NCBI GenBank assembly: GCA_951406725.2
Contig: OX597820.1
Location: 16,740,001-16,804,000 of the forward strand
Reading direction: 5' to 3'
From: Octopus vulgaris
Lineage: Eukaryota
DNA: 64,000 nucleotides
The notes below the pieces were generated by a model. The model was given only the letters and a program-made list of their open reading frames with translations, made no database searches and was not told the origin of the DNA. Below, piece after piece: positions 26,774 through 40,823 of this stretch; the first letter of the stretch is position 1; each line of letters starts with the position of its first letter. The translations under genes were made by a program, and so were the position numbers.

Positions 26774-27169
26774 TTACTGCCAGTTTCAAGTCATTTTGAA
26801 AGGATAAAATGTTTTTATGTCTACAGCATGCAGAATTCTCGTGTCAGCATAAAAAACCCTCCGAAATTATATATTTGAAAGACCACTGTATGAATAATTA
26901 TCTCCTTTAACAATACCATAGCGCTGTTTCATAATTTACGTGAATCAATGTGTGGGTCACACGTGACCCGGGTTAACCAATAAAATCCATTTGTTCTGGA
27001 ATCATTTTCACATTTTGAATTTTCTGGGAATGTCTTTCATTATACTCATATTTATCGCCTTAAGAAACGGAGAGTAAGGCAGAAAGTAACAATTGAATAA
27101 ATCTAATAATTATACTTGAATAAAGTGCATTTAGTACTTTTCTTTTTACCGTTCGTCGTAATGAAATGG

Positions 27170-27227
<58 letters not shown>

Positions 27228-27243
27228 TATATATATATATATA

Positions 27244-28535
27244 CGAGGGGCGTTCAATAAGTAATGCCCCTAACCCACTTCCCATAGCAGTAGAGCAACG
27301 AAACTTGGCTCAGTTATTAGTCTTTTACTACATAGGAACCACCCAGAGTTACGCATTTATCCCATTGTTTGATGCAGCTCTGGAGACCGTTTTTGTAGAA
27401 GACCCCCAGCTTGGTCCTCCAACCACAACGTGACTTCAGAAATCAAGGCTGCATCATCTGGGAAACGCTTTTCTTTCAAAAACAACTTCATGGCTGGGAA
27501 GAGGTTAAAATCAGAGGGTGCAGGGTCAGGAGAGTAGGGGGATGGGGGAGGAGTTCATAGCTGCACGCCTGTGCTTCTGATCTGGCGACACGCGAGTTGT
27601 GGACCGGAGCGTTGGCCTGCAGGAGGAGGATGCCTTTGCTGATCTTGCCCCACCTCTTGATTTTGATAGCTTCTCTTAATTTCCTCAAAAGTGAAGCATA
27701 ATAGGCTCCTGCAATTGTGGTACCCTTTGCCAGGAAATCTGTCATCACTACTCCGTCCTGGACCCAGAAGACTGTGAGCATGACCTTGCCAGCGGAGGGC
27801 TGCTACCTTGCCTTCTTTGGAGGAGGTGAGTCATGGTGCTTCCACTGCATTGACTGGGATTTGGTCTCTGGATCATAGTAATGGACCCAGGTTTCATCCT
27901 GTGTAATCAGTGTTTTGAAAAATTTTGACTCATCTTCTTGGCACATCTCCAAATTCATCCTCGAGCACTAGACGCGTTCTTGCTTCTGGAAAGGTGTGAG
28001 CAACCTGGGAATCCATCTGGCAGACACCTTTTGCATATGCAAATGGTCATGAATGATAGTTTCCACAGGCCCGGTACTAATCTTGACCTCATGGGCTATT
28101 TGGCAAATAGTTATGCGTCGATCTTCCAAAATGGCAGCCTCAACTTGAGGACAGATACCGCATCAATAGCAGAAGGGGGGCGACCAGATCTGGGAGCTGT
28201 TTCCACAGAGTTCCGACCATGTTTGAATTCACGATGCCAGCGTTTTACAAGGTCATATGATGGGGCATCATCACCATAAGTTACTTTCATTTCATCAAAA
28301 GTACCCCGTGGTGTGCGTCCTTTCAAATACAAAAACCGGATCACTGCTCGACACTCAACAGGCTCCATTTCCCACTTGACTCAGTTCAAACACCTGTAAA
28401 TCAGAAACCACAATTAGTTCAGAGCTGTAATTTGCCACTTAATCTATAAAGATATAAATAATTGCACATGCAAAATTTCAGCTAAATCAAACAACAGCAA
28501 GTGGGTCAGGGGCATTACTTATTGAACGTCCCTCG
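27244..28535 (-). mobile_element. Full-length mariner transposon (1292 bp) inserted in (TA)n
   Basis: TIRs of about 37 bp CGAGGG(G/A)CGTTCAATAAGTAATGCCCCT(A/G)ACCCACTT, TA flanks. Confidence 0.95.
27315..28368 (-). pseudogene. Mariner DD34D transposase, frameshifted
   Basis: MEPVECRAVIRFLYLKG..RSGRP; TQDETWVHYYDPETKSQSMQWKH; LLLQANAPVH; YSPDPAPSDF; split across frames. Confidence 0.92.
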
Positions 28536-28560
28536 TATATATATATATATATATATATAT

Positions 28561-28850
28561 ACCACGTGATCACGTGACCGACCAGGCAATCTGATGTTGC
28601 TACACATCGCTGGTCACAATGCGCTTCGCACTGTTTTAGCCTTCAAATGACGCCACCCCGCTGGCTAAGCGAGCAGGCCAACAGAAGAAAGAGTGAGAGA
28701 AAGTTGTGGCGAAAGAGTACAACAGGGGTCGCCACCACCCCCTGCCGGAGCCACGTGGAGCTTTAGGTGCTTTCGCTCAATAAACACTCACAATCGAAAC
28801 CGCGATCCTACGACCGCGAGTCTGCTGCCCTAACCACTGGGCCATTGCGC

Positions 28851-28852
<2 letters not shown>
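28561..28852 (-). mobile_element. SINE head C plus tail-3
   Basis: Head and body match 19981-20165; 28561-28680 is a different tail ending GGTCACGTGATCACGTG. Confidence 0.85.
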
Positions 28853-28897
<45 letters not shown>

Positions 28898-28939
28898 AAT
28901 ACATTCATACATGATTACATACATACATATATATATATA

Positions 28940-29336
28940 TCTTTATATATAAAAGTCAAGTTGTGTGTCTGTCTCCTACGATTTAGATTCCTAACCACTC
29001 CCACATTTTGCGGTGCAGTTTAACCAAAACCGGGTATCTTATAGTCGTGATTCATATCGAGCCCTTCTGGGTATTAGCGCGCGTCTACAATGAGTCTACG
29101 ATTTTAAAAAAAATTTACCATAATTTTTTTCCATTTTAATGCATTTTTTTGCTATTATATAAGGGAAGTAACTCTCTAAAAATGTCTACGATGAGTCAAC
29201 GATTAAAAAAAAATTTACCATAATTTTTCTTCCATTTTTAATGCATGTTTTTGCTACTTTTTGGCTATAACTCTCTAAATATGCTTATATAGTTATTTCC
29301 CTTACATACCCGAGCAACGCCGGGCGATACTGCTAG
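28940..29336 (+). mobile_element. Non-autonomous Helitron family H2, 397 bp, with internal duplication of about 100 bp
   Basis: A|TCTTTATATATAAAAG...CCCGAGCAACGCCGGGCGATACTGCTAG|T; GTCTAC(A/G)ATGAGTC unit at about 29083 and 29184. Confidence 0.85.
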
Positions 29337-29877
29337 TATATATATATATATATACTCATACAATACAGAACAGAGAAGGCAGCTCATATCTCCATGCAAC
29401 ATTCAGTAATAATATGATCTTTAATAATAACTCATCTCAACTTCTTAGAATGTCGTTGCTTTTTTCCCCCCACTCTAAAGACGAAGTAACGATCAATTTT
29501 TCACTGCTGAATAGAATTTCTACCAGGCATAGTGTTGCATATTTTCTATTCTGAAAACATAATTCGCTGCAATAAGAACAGATTTCGCTCTTCACTGTGC
29601 AAATAATGATCGATTATCGCTTGGCAGATAGTACAAATCAGCATACTGTTGGGTCGCTGAAATTATAAACAAGCCATCGGCTTTTGCTTTGATTTAAAGG
29701 TCCGAGTACTAATGGCTGATAAGATACACCGTATCGAAATACCAGTATCCCAGAATCATTTGCACCAATGAATCGATCATGCTATAAACACATAGTCGTC
29801 GTAAAAAAGAGAAACTATTCTCCAGTGATGTACACAACAGCGATTAGCCTATTCACGTTCGAATCTGTCAGAACTTA

Positions 29878-30269
29878 TCTCTCTATATATAAAGCTGAAG
29901 TTGTCTGTGTATGGCAGGTTTGGTAGCCTTCAAATAACACTATCTCATCCGAGACCCTTCGGCGCAAGTTAACCAAAATTGAGAGTATGAAAGAAGGCGG
30001 CTTGCTCTTCCTTCCGTAGAAGATAAAATTCAAATCGGACCATGTTAACACCACAAAGTATTTATATCAAAAAGGTGCTTTTTTTTCTATGAAAATTCCT
30101 ATTTCTACGATTTTTTGACTACTCTGTCGCCAATTTTCGGTGTATTTCAACCAGAAAAATGTTCACTGAAAGAGAATAACAAGCTACATAATGCAAAATT
30201 TTTACTTTTCAAAAATTCCAATTCTAAAGGATCGAAACAAATCCGAGCAACGCCGGACGATACTGCTAG
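29878..30269 (+). mobile_element. Non-autonomous Helitron family H1, 392 bp
   Basis: A|TCTCTCTATATATAAAGCTG...GCAACGCCGGACGATACTGCTAG|T. Confidence 0.87.
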
Positions 30270-30327
30270 TTAGGAATAAATATGTAACGATTTATAATAC
30301 AGTATAGAATGGTGCGAAAGATATTGA

Positions 30328-30516
30328 TTTCAAATTTTAATACGTGTCCAGAAATCTGGGGGAGGGGCTAAGTCGATCACATCGACCCCATTTCTCAACC
30401 GGTACTTATTTATCGACTCCTAAAAGATGAAAAGCAAAGTGGGCCTCGACGAAATTTGAACGCAGAACGTAAAGACGGACGAAATGCCGCTAACAATTTC
30501 TGTCAGTTCACCGCCC
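30328..30516 (-). mobile_element. SINE family B, diverged
   Basis: AAAGATGAAAAGCAAAGT..GAAATTTGAACGCAGAACGT. Confidence 0.8.
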
Positions 30517-30817
30517 GAGTAATACGACAGATATTGCGATGTTAACTACAAAGTGTTTGCTCTCGCGTTGAGAATATTCAAAAGAGCTGTTTCATTTAAT
30601 GTATTTCATTATTTACCTTATCACTTTTGACATCAGCCAATGCACCTGAAAATTATTGATTAAGTAAATAAAAGTGGGTGGAATTGCCTTGTGTGTACCA
30701 AACCTATAAACACGACTAATCGATATTTTACTTGAGATGTGAAATAATCAAACAACAATTACAGGTTTCAAATTATGATGAACGCCAGCGATTTTGCGTA
30801 TTCTGCATATATTCGCG

Positions 30818-31581
30818 TACTCTTTTACTCTTTTTTACTCTTTTACTTGTTTCAGTCATTTGACTGCGGCCATGCTGGAGCACCACCTTTTAGTACTTAT
30901 TCTATCGGTCTCTTTTTGTCGAACCGCTAAGTGACGGGGACCTAAACACACCAGCATCGGTTGTCAAGCAATGCTAGGGGGACAAACACAGACACACAAA
31001 CACACACACATATACATATATATACATATATACGACAGGCTTCTTTCAGTTTCCGTCTACCAAATCCACTCACAAGGCATTGGTCGGCCCGGGGCTATAG
31101 CAGAAGACACTTGCCCAAGATGCCACGCAGTGGGACTGAACCCGCAACCTTGTGGTTGGTTAGCAAGCTACTTACCACACAGCCACTCCTGCGCCTACTC
31201 TTTTAATTGTTTCAGTCATTTGACTGCGGCAATGCTGGATCACCGCCTTTAGTCGAGCAAATCGACCCTCGGACTTATTCTTTGTAGGCCTAGTACTTAT
31301 TCTATCGGTCTCTTTTGCCGAACCGCTAAGTTACGAGGACGCAAACACACCAGCATCGGTTGTCAAGCGATGTTGGGGGGACAAACACAGACACACATAT
31401 ATACATATATATACATATATACGACGGGCTTCTTTCAGTTTCCGTCTACCAAATTCATTTACAAGGCCTTGGTCGGCCCGAGGCTATAGTAGAAGACACT
31501 TGCCCAAGGTGCCACGCAGTAGTACTGAACCCGAAACCATGTGGTTGGTAAGCAAGCTACTTACCACACAGCCACTCCTGT
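30818..31581 (-). mobile_element. Two tandem SINE family A copies (30818-31196, 31197-31581)
   Basis: Two complete tail-to-head reverse copies. Confidence 0.92.
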
Positions 31582-31614
31582 GTGTTAATATTTCTGATAG
31601 TACTAGATGTAGAA

Positions 31615-32420
31615 TTGTTAGTACCCCGGGTAAAACGCCTTTTCTGCGTTTCTACTGGCGCTTTACGTTCTGAGTTCAAATTTCGCCGAGGTTGACTTTG
31701 CCTTTCATCCTTTCGGGGCGGATAAAATAAATTCCAGGTGAACACTGGGGTCGATATTATTAATTTCCACGCCCCTCAGAATTGCTAGCCCCGTGCCGAA
31801 AATTAGAAAGAATTATTATTACTAAGGCGGCGAGCTGGTAGAACCGTTAGCACGTCGGGCGAAATGCGTAGCCGTATTTCGTCCGCCGTTACGTTCTGAG
31901 TTCAAATTCCGCCGAGGTCGACTTTGCCTTTCATCCTTTCGGGGTCGATTAAATAAGTACCAGTTACGCACTGGGGTCGATATAATCGACTTAACCCGTT
32001 TGTCTGTCCTTGTTTGTCCTCTCTGTGTTTAGCCCCTTGTGGGTAGTAAAGAAATAGGTATTTCGTCCGTCGCTACGTTCTGAGTTCAAATTCCGCCGAG
32101 GTCGACTTTGCCTTTCATCCTTTCGGGGTCGATTAAATAAGTACCAGTTACGCACTGGGGTCGATATAATCGACTTAACCCGTTTGTCTGTCCTTGTTTG
32201 TCCTCTCTGTGTTTAGCCCCTTGTGGGTAGTAAAGAAATAGGTATTTCGTCCGTCGCTACGTTCTGAGTTCAAATTCCGCCGAGGTCGACTTTGCCTTTC
32301 ATCCTTTCGGAATCGATAAAATAAGTACCAGTCAAACAATGGTGTCGAAGTAATCGTCTTATGCCCCCCCCCCCACACACACTGTCTATCATTGATAGCC
32401 TTGTACCAAAATTTGAAAAC
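31615..32420 (+). mobile_element. SINE family B monomer followed by a trimer (184-bp period)
   Basis: Head at 31824; ACGTTCTGAG at 31891, 32075 and 32259; units nearly identical. Confidence 0.93.
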
Positions 32421-32526
32421 AATGTTTCTCAGAGTGCTTATAAACAAATTATGGCGAGTTCAATATACTTTAGGATTCAGGGTGACTTAAGAAACAAAGT
32501 AATTTAGAGAACAATAAAGTATGACA

Positions 32527-32527
<1 letters not shown>

Positions 32528-32582
<55 letters not shown>

Positions 32583-33312
32583 TTACTACTACTACTACTT
32601 CTTTTTCTTCTTCTTCTTCTTCTTCTTCTTCTTGTTGTTCTTGTTCTTGTTCTTCTTGTTGTTGTTGTTGTTATTGTTGTTGTTCTTCTTCTTGTTCTTG
32701 TTCTTGTTCTTCTTCTTGTTCTTGTTCTTGTTCTTCTTCTTCTTCTTCTTCTTCTTCTCTTGTTGTTGTTGTTGTTGTTCTTCTTCTTCTTCTTGTTCTT
32801 GTTGTTCTTGTTGTCCTTGTTCTTGTTCTTCTTCTTCTTGTTCTTCTTGTTCTTGTTCTTCTTCTTCTTCTTCTCTTGTTGTTGTTGTTCTTCTTGTTCT
32901 TGTTCTTGTTGTTGTTCTTCTTTCTTCTTCTTCTTCTTCTTCTTCTTCTTCTTCTTCTTCTCTTGTTGTTCTTGTTGTTCTTGTTCTTGTTGTTCTTCTT
33001 CTTGTTGTTCTTGTTCTTCTTGTTCTTCTTCTTCTTCTTCTTCTTCTTCTTCTTCTTCTTCTTCTTCTTCTTCTTCTCTTGTTGTTGTTGTTGTTCTTCT
33101 TCTTGTTCTTGTTGTTGTTCTTCTTTTTCTTCTTCTTATTCTTCTTATTCTTCTTCTTCTTCTCTTGTTGTTGTTGTTGTTCTTCTTCTTGTTCTTGTTG
33201 TTCTTCTTTTTCTTCTTCTTCTTCTTCTTCTTCTCTTGTTGTTCTTCTTTTTCTTCTTCTTCTTCTTCTTCTTCTTCTTCTTCTCCTTCTTCTCCTTCTT
33301 CTTCTTCTTCTT
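32528..33312. repeat. About 780-bp (TAC)n/(TTC)n/(TTG)n compound microsatellite
   Basis: Direct reading; recurring TTCTCTTGTTG phase break. Confidence 0.96.
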
Positions 33313-33669
33313 TGCTTTGTGCAAATGGTTACAGGTGTTTATTTCTTGACGATCGATGTCAAGCACCAATATGAAGATTCTGTTGCTGCTGTTGTTGTTG
33401 TTGTGGTGGTGTTGGTGTTGGAGAGGACGTCAAGCAATGATTTTAATTAATTTCGTTTTTTAATTAATTTATGTGATGTTAACAACAACAGCAACAAAAC
33501 GTAAAAAATAAAAATAAAAACCGTATCTAATCACCGTAAAATCATTATAAAGAAATATGTTTTAATTCAAAATGGAGAAGATTATTAAAATATTAGAAAG
33601 AGGAAACATATTAAATTTTATTTGCATAATCCAGACAAAAATCTGGATTATTTGCATAATCCAGACAAA

Positions 33670-34032
33670 CGTAGGAGTGGCTATGTGGTAAGTAGCTTGC
33701 TTACCAACTACATTGTTCCGGGTTCAGTCCCACTGCGTGGTACCTTGGGCAAGTGTCTTCTATTATAGCCTCGGATTTGGTAGACGGAAACTGAAAGAAG
33801 CCCGTCGTACATACATATATGTATGTGTGTGTATATGTTTGTGCGTCTGTGTTTGTCACCCCACCCCCAAACATCACTTGACAACCGATGCTGGTGTGTT
33901 TACGTCCCCGTAACTTAGCGGTTCGGCAAAATAGACCGATAGAATAAGTACTAGGCTTACAAAGAATAAATCCTGGGGTCGATTTCCTCGACTAAAAGAG
34001 GTGCTCGAACATGACCACTGAAACAAGTAAAA
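33670..34032 (+). mobile_element. SINE family A with small deletions
   Basis: GGAGTGGCTATGTGGTAAG...ACTGAAACAAGTAAA. Confidence 0.9.
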
Positions 34033-34172
34033 AAAACGTTATTAGTACAGTTGTCAATATTTGCATAATGGTCGATGAAATAAAGTATTAGTCCAGTAAG
34101 GGAATCGTTGGCTTCGACAAACACTCTCCTCTCAAGACTCTTGGACTTGTACCTAAACTTAAAATGGTATTT

Positions 34173-34450
34173 AAGGCTGGTGGATCGGCAGAATCGTTTG
34201 AGCGTCATAGAAAAGGCTTAGCGGTAAATCTTCCGGTTCTTTACATTTCTTTATTACTTGTTTCAGTCATTTGACTGCGGCCATGCTGGAGCACCGCCTT
34301 TAGTCGAGCAAATCGACCCCGGGACTTATTCTTTGTAAGCCCAGTACTTATTCTAATCGGTCTCTTTTGCCGAACCGCTAAGTGACGGGGACGCAAACAC
34401 ACCAGCATCGGTTGTCAAGCAATGCTAGGGGGACAAACACAGACACACAA

Positions 34451-34511
<61 letters not shown>

Positions 34512-34741
34512 CATATATACGACAGGCTTCTTTCAGTTTCCGTCTACCAAATCCACTCACAAGGCATTGGTCGGCCCGGGGCTATAGCAGAAGACACTTG
34601 CCCAAGATGCCACGCAGTGGGACTGAACCCGGAACCATGTGGCTGGTTAGCAAGCTACTTACCACACAGCCACTCCTGCGCCTATACATTCTGAGTTAAA
34701 ATTTCATCGGGAGTCGACTTTGTCTTTCACTCTTTCGGGGT

Positions 34742-34742
<1 letters not shown>
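34173..34742 (+). mobile_element. Old family B SINE split by a minus-strand family A SINE (34248-34684)
   Basis: B head 34173-34247 resumes at 34685; TACATT duplicated on both sides of the insert. Confidence 0.8.
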
Positions 34743-35754
<1,012 letters not shown>

Positions 35755-35834
35755 AGTGTGTGTGTGTATATGAGTGTGTATTTGCTTCATTCATTAGACA
35801 GTAGCCATGCTGGGGCAAAGGCTTGAAGGGTTTA

Positions 35835-35970
35835 ATTCTACCGAGGTCGACTTTGCCTTTCATATTTTCGGGGTACTAAATTAAGTACCAGCTGCGTACT
35901 GGAGGTCGGTCTAATCGACTGGTCCCCTCTCCCAAAATTTCGGCCTTGTGCTTAGAGTAGAAAAGAATAT
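35835..35970 (+). mobile_element. SINE family B 3' part
   Basis: CCGAGGTCGACTTTGCCTTTCAT..AAGTACCAG. Confidence 0.8.
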
Positions 35971-36249
35971 TTATTACATAATATATCATAATATAATTAT
36001 ACAATGATATCTTGCAGTACGAGTTACTCATTCTAAAATCAATTTTCCTCATTGAAATTAACTAAAATATAGTTAATCCGTTTCAGCCCCCCCCCCCCAC
36101 CAAACCACTCAAAAATAATTCTTTATGGATTTTAAAAGCAAACAAAGGTGTAGTTACAAATAAAATGACAGTTATAAAAAAGAGAATGCAAAAGAAATAT
36201 GTAAACTGGTTTTATTAACTGAATTGATTTAACGATGAGAAGATTTGTG

Positions 36250-36354
36250 CGCTCGTACTGTGGATTTCCTCTCTTACTTCAAGACAAAAATTCGCACGAG
36301 TCTCTATGCACGTACAGCAAATTACTCGTACAATGGGGCGCTCGTACTGCGAGG

Positions 36355-36358
<4 letters not shown>
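36250..36358 (-). mobile_element. Possible pogo/Tigger-type DNA transposon terminus
   Basis: Minus strand TAGAACCTCGCAGTACGAGCGCC with repeated GTACGAG submotifs next to (TA)n; only one end seen. Confidence 0.35.
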
Positions 36359-36434
<76 letters not shown>

Positions 36435-36575
36435 TTCATTTTCTCTCCTTGTTGCTTTCTGTGTTCCTTTCTGTGGAAGAGCGTAAGCTCCAAACGTTAA
36501 AGACTTTCTCACTTCCCGAGCATTATACATCTGTTTGTTGTCTACACCACCTGTCTTCGTCTTTTGTGAATTCAC
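36435..36575 (+). mobile_element. Hammerhead-shaped short repeat, copy 3
   Basis: CTTT-CTGTGGA-A-GAGC-GTAA-GCTC-CAAAC-GTT-AAAG at 36467-36502, between (TA)n tracts. Confidence 0.6.
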
Positions 36576-36664
<89 letters not shown>

Positions 36665-37649
36665 TGTATGTATGTGTATATATATATATATATATAATAT
36701 ACATAAATACATACGTACATACATAAATATATACACACGCACACACATATACGCGTGTGTATGTGTGTGTGTGTGCGTGTGCGTGTGTGTGTGTGTATGT
36801 GCGTGCGTGTGCTGAGGTAGAGTGAAAGAATGGAAGAGAAAGGGTGAGAGACAGGCAAACAAACTCAGAGAAACTAAAATGGCGTAGTTTTCTTTTCATA
36901 ATTTATTCATTCATTTATTATATTTATAATTTCTTTCTCATCACAGCAAAAAACCTTATTAATAAGTAGAGTACAAACAACTTGAACTGAAGGCTGGAGT
37001 ATGCCGCACATTGAATCTCAATTTTATTTTTAATGATTTACCACGAGCCTAGGTTGTATCTGGTTTCGCTGTCTTTTTGAGTTTTTGAATAACAATTCAA
37101 AAAACATGTTTCTTCATCCAATTAAATCGAGATTTGATATTTGTCTTTTCCCTGTCAATGTTATCAGCGGTTCCTTTGTTTATAAATTCTTGCAAGTGCT
37201 CGTAGCTAATTCTAAATTTAATTGCTGTTTCATTTAAAGAACATTTCGTGGAGGTACGATATTAATTCCGTTGAATTCAAACGAAATCTCCCCCACTTCG
37301 ACTACGACACCCGTTATGGCTGTCAGTGCAAAACAGCAATACCGACAACGCCACCACCATCAAGGCTACTGTTTTCGACACCGCCATTGTCAACAGCTAC
37401 GTTGTCAGTAGTAACGCCACTATCATGATGAATTTAACGACTACCATCTTCTGCCTCTTCCCCGTCCTCTTCCACCACTTCTTCTTCTTCTTCTTCTTCC
37501 TCCTCCTTCTTGCCCTCCTCCTCCCGTCCTTTTCCGCTGCTTCCTCCTCCTTGTTCTCCTCCTCCTCCCCGTCCTCTTCTTTTTTCCTCCACCTTGTCCC
37601 CCTCCTCCCTGTCTCCTTTTCCTCCTCCTCCTCCTCCTCCTTTGTTCTT

Positions 37650-37794
37650 AACATTCCGGTTCCAGGTTCAGTCCCACTGCGTGGTACCTTAGGCAGGTGT
37701 CTTCTACTTTAGCCATGGGCCGACCGAAGCCTTGTGAATGGATTTGAAAGACGGAAACTGAAAGAAGCCCATCATATATACATGCACATACATC

Positions 37795-37825
<31 letters not shown>

Positions 37826-38026
37826 TTGCTGGTTTGTTTATGTCCAGTAACTTTGCGGTTCGGCAAACCAGACCGATAGATAAGTACCAAGCTTTAGAAA
37901 TATAAGTACTGGGATCGATGCGACTGTGGTATAGTACGGCCGCACTCCAATGACTGAAACAAGTAAAGATAAACGAGATTTTCGACTTTGCCTTTCATAA
38001 TTTCGGGGCCGATGAAATAAGTACCA
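37650..38026 (+). mobile_element. SINE family A (5' truncated) plus family B fragment
   Basis: GGTTCAGTCCCACTGCGTGG..; CGACTTTGCCTTTCAT at 37983. Confidence 0.85.
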
Positions 38027-38118
38027 CTTACACATTTGCAGTTCCGACCAATGTTGATTTTTGTAGGTGTTCCACCTTTACATTTGTACCAGCGTTTTTC
38101 AACCATGCTTTTGGTTGA

Positions 38119-38167
<49 letters not shown>

Positions 38168-38172
<5 letters not shown>

Positions 38173-38255
38173 TAGTTTTATTTTTTATAGCGTGCTTTCA
38201 CTTCACTACCGAGCGCAGCTCTGTGTGCCTTGGGTATGTGCTGTGATTTGTTGTG

Positions 38256-38257
<2 letters not shown>
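38168..38257 (-). mobile_element. R4/Dong-like family 1, 3' UTR only, in (TAA)n
   Basis: Matches the 3' end of 45421-45490. Confidence 0.8.
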
Positions 38258-38326
<69 letters not shown>

Positions 38327-38327
38327 C

Positions 38328-38384
<57 letters not shown>

Positions 38385-38401
38385 CATCATTATTATTATT
38401 A

Positions 38402-38436
<35 letters not shown>

Positions 38437-38506
38437 GATAGTGCAATAATCTTAACGATCTTTTTTTTCTCTATATTAGCGTTGTTGTTTCTACTATTAT
38501 TATTAT

Positions 38507-38851
38507 GTTCTTTCCTTCTTTCTTCAAATTTACTTCCGTTTCTCGCCGAGTGTTTTCCATACACCTAGGGCAGAGAAGCTCATTGTATGCATTCCCAGAT
38601 TACACGCGCAAATTCACAGATAAAATATGTATTTAAAAATTAATAAATAAATAAATTCATGGATGGATGTTATTTTCACAGTGATAGTGCTCTTCTCAGT
38701 ACATGAGCCGTTCCAGTTAATACGATTTTTTGCACTTCCTGTAGGGATGGTAAGCCTGGATGCACTTCCTGTAGGGATCGAAAGCCTAGAAGCACTTCCT
38801 GTAGGGATGGTATGCCTGGATGCACTTCCTGTAGGGATGGTAAGCCTGGAC
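38507..38851 (-). mobile_element. R4/Dong-like family 2, 3' end
   Basis: Minus strand PGLPSLQEVQKIVLTGTAHVLRRALSL* plus 3' UTR, TAA on both sides. Confidence 0.8.
38731..38850. repeat. 4 x 30-bp tandem repeat TGCACTTCCTGTAGGGATGGTAAGCCTGGA
   Basis: Units start at 38731, 38761, 38791 and 38821. Confidence 0.97.
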
Positions 38852-38883
38852 TATTATTATTATTATTATTATCATTATTATTA

Positions 38884-38930
<47 letters not shown>

Positions 38931-38953
38931 GTCCTCCTCCTCATTATTATTAT

Positions 38954-39323
38954 TGCCTTTGCACAGCTTCTAACGCTGGAGATGTGCTAGTGTCGGCTGT
39001 TCACTACTAGTGAACTAAGATAACACTTCTTATTTTTCGAGCACCTTCCGGAGTATTCAAGCGGTTCCAAGCAGTAATGTTTCCTGCAAGTGCTCCACCC
39101 TTATTGCAGCCTCTATTTGTTCCACATATTCCTCGAGATTTTTGCTCTCTGTTTCCAGGGCTCCGACAATTATTAATAGTACTGCTACCTTTTTCATCGA
39201 CCACAACTGCTTAATTTTTCAAGCTAACCTGTCATATCTCTCAACTTTTCTTTCTTCCTTATTGCATATCTTGTTGTCAGCTAGGCATGCTATATCTATG
39301 ATCCAGCATATTTTACTTTCTTT
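38954..39323 (-). mobile_element. R4/Dong-like family 3, RLE endonuclease C-terminus pseudogene plus 3' UTR
   Basis: CWIIDIACLADNKICNKEERKVERYDRLA*KIKQLWSMKKVAVLLIIVGAL..LLGTA*ILRKVLEK*. Confidence 0.85.
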
Positions 39324-39327
39324 ATTA

Positions 39328-39369
<42 letters not shown>

Positions 39370-39373
<4 letters not shown>

Positions 39374-39476
39374 GCGTGCTTTCACTTCACTACCGAGCGC
39401 TGTGCCTGTGTGCCTTGGGTATGTGCTGTGGTTTGCTGTGATGATCTTATGGTTACTGTATTGAAAGTGCTTTGCC
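39370..39476 (-). mobile_element. R4/Dong-like family 1, 3' end
   Basis: CACAGCACATACCCAAGGCACAC..GTGAAAGCACGCTATA on minus. Confidence 0.8.
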
Positions 39477-39498
39477 TATTATTATTATTATTATTATT

Positions 39499-40053
39499 GA
39501 GTGAGAGAGCAGTTCATGCCATCAAAGTGACACTGGGGTAAAATATACGAAGCCCAATATACCCATCATGACTACCCGTCTGATAAAGGTACACCAGGCA
39601 CATGCATCACAACCATATGTGCGCGACATGGTAATCTCATATCAAGATAAACAGCACATGACCTTGCAGGTGGGGCCCAGTTAGAATTTTCTTCAGGTTG
39701 AGTAGCCCATCCTGCTCAAAAGGTCCCTGAATAAGGGTTGCTTTAGGATGTTGAACGAAACACCTATGTTTCCAGAGGTGAATTATTCAAACTCCAAAGA
39801 ATCCCTCTCAACACATGGCCATGATGCTCCCCCACTACTTCTGCTCGTGATCAGAGATGCACGTATTGTCAGCCACTAAGGGACATGCTCAACTGGTTAA
39901 GGTCAAACAACTGACAAGCAAATTTGTGGTATTGAGCAGAATATCTGCTGTAACCCATCTTTTATACCAAGACAAAACAATGTACATGATAACACTTCCA
40001 ATCAGTTAAGATCAGAAGCCATGAGAGCCACTGCCTGGTACTGCATCAGGGCA

Positions 40054-40054
<1 letters not shown>
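39499..40054 (-). mobile_element. Non-coding TAA-embedded element of about 555 bp, copy 1
   Basis: Reverse complement of 40824-41393; (TAA)n on both sides. Confidence 0.85.
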
Positions 40055-40119
<65 letters not shown>

Positions 40120-40541
40120 CATCATCATCATCATTATATTGTAAATGTTATTATAGTTGTATTTTGTGGTTGATTCTGTCTCCGTATTCTGAATTTCTTT
40201 GTAATAATTCCTTTTATGTTTTGTTACTGGTCTCATTCTTTGATTTATTTTCTTTTGCATTCATCACTTTATTCATCTTTTGCATTCCTTTCTTTTGTAT
40301 TTCATTTTAAATCACATTTCCACCTCAATTCTTTCTTTTTTTCTTCTTTTCATCTCCTTCTTCTTCTTTATTAGGTTATGCGCAAAGTTCTGCTATTCTT
40401 AAGTTGTAAATTTTATGTTCGACAATAATTCATAAACGCTGTCATTCGTATTACTATACATTTTAGACATTATAGAGTTTTCTATAAATATATTTAAGTT
40501 TATATACTCCATACTAGACATCAGGGAACATAATAATAATG

Positions 40542-40584
<43 letters not shown>

Positions 40585-40741
40585 CAACAACAACAGCAAC
40601 AACAACAATAATAACAATAATAACAACAACAACAACAATAATAATAATAATAATAACAACAGCAACAACAACAACAATAATAATAACAACAACAACAACA
40701 ATAATAATAATAATAACAACAGCAACAACAACAATAATAAC

Positions 40742-40807
<66 letters not shown>

Positions 40808-40823
40808 CATAATAATAATGATG

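Noticed and set aside
32521-33450. 309-aa ORF of poly-Y/F/L/S/C
   Set aside because: Compound trinucleotide microsatellite with no domain content
38731-38850. 30-bp repeats as a CRISPR array
   Set aside because: No spacers, no cas genes, eukaryotic context; derived from retrotransposon coding sequence
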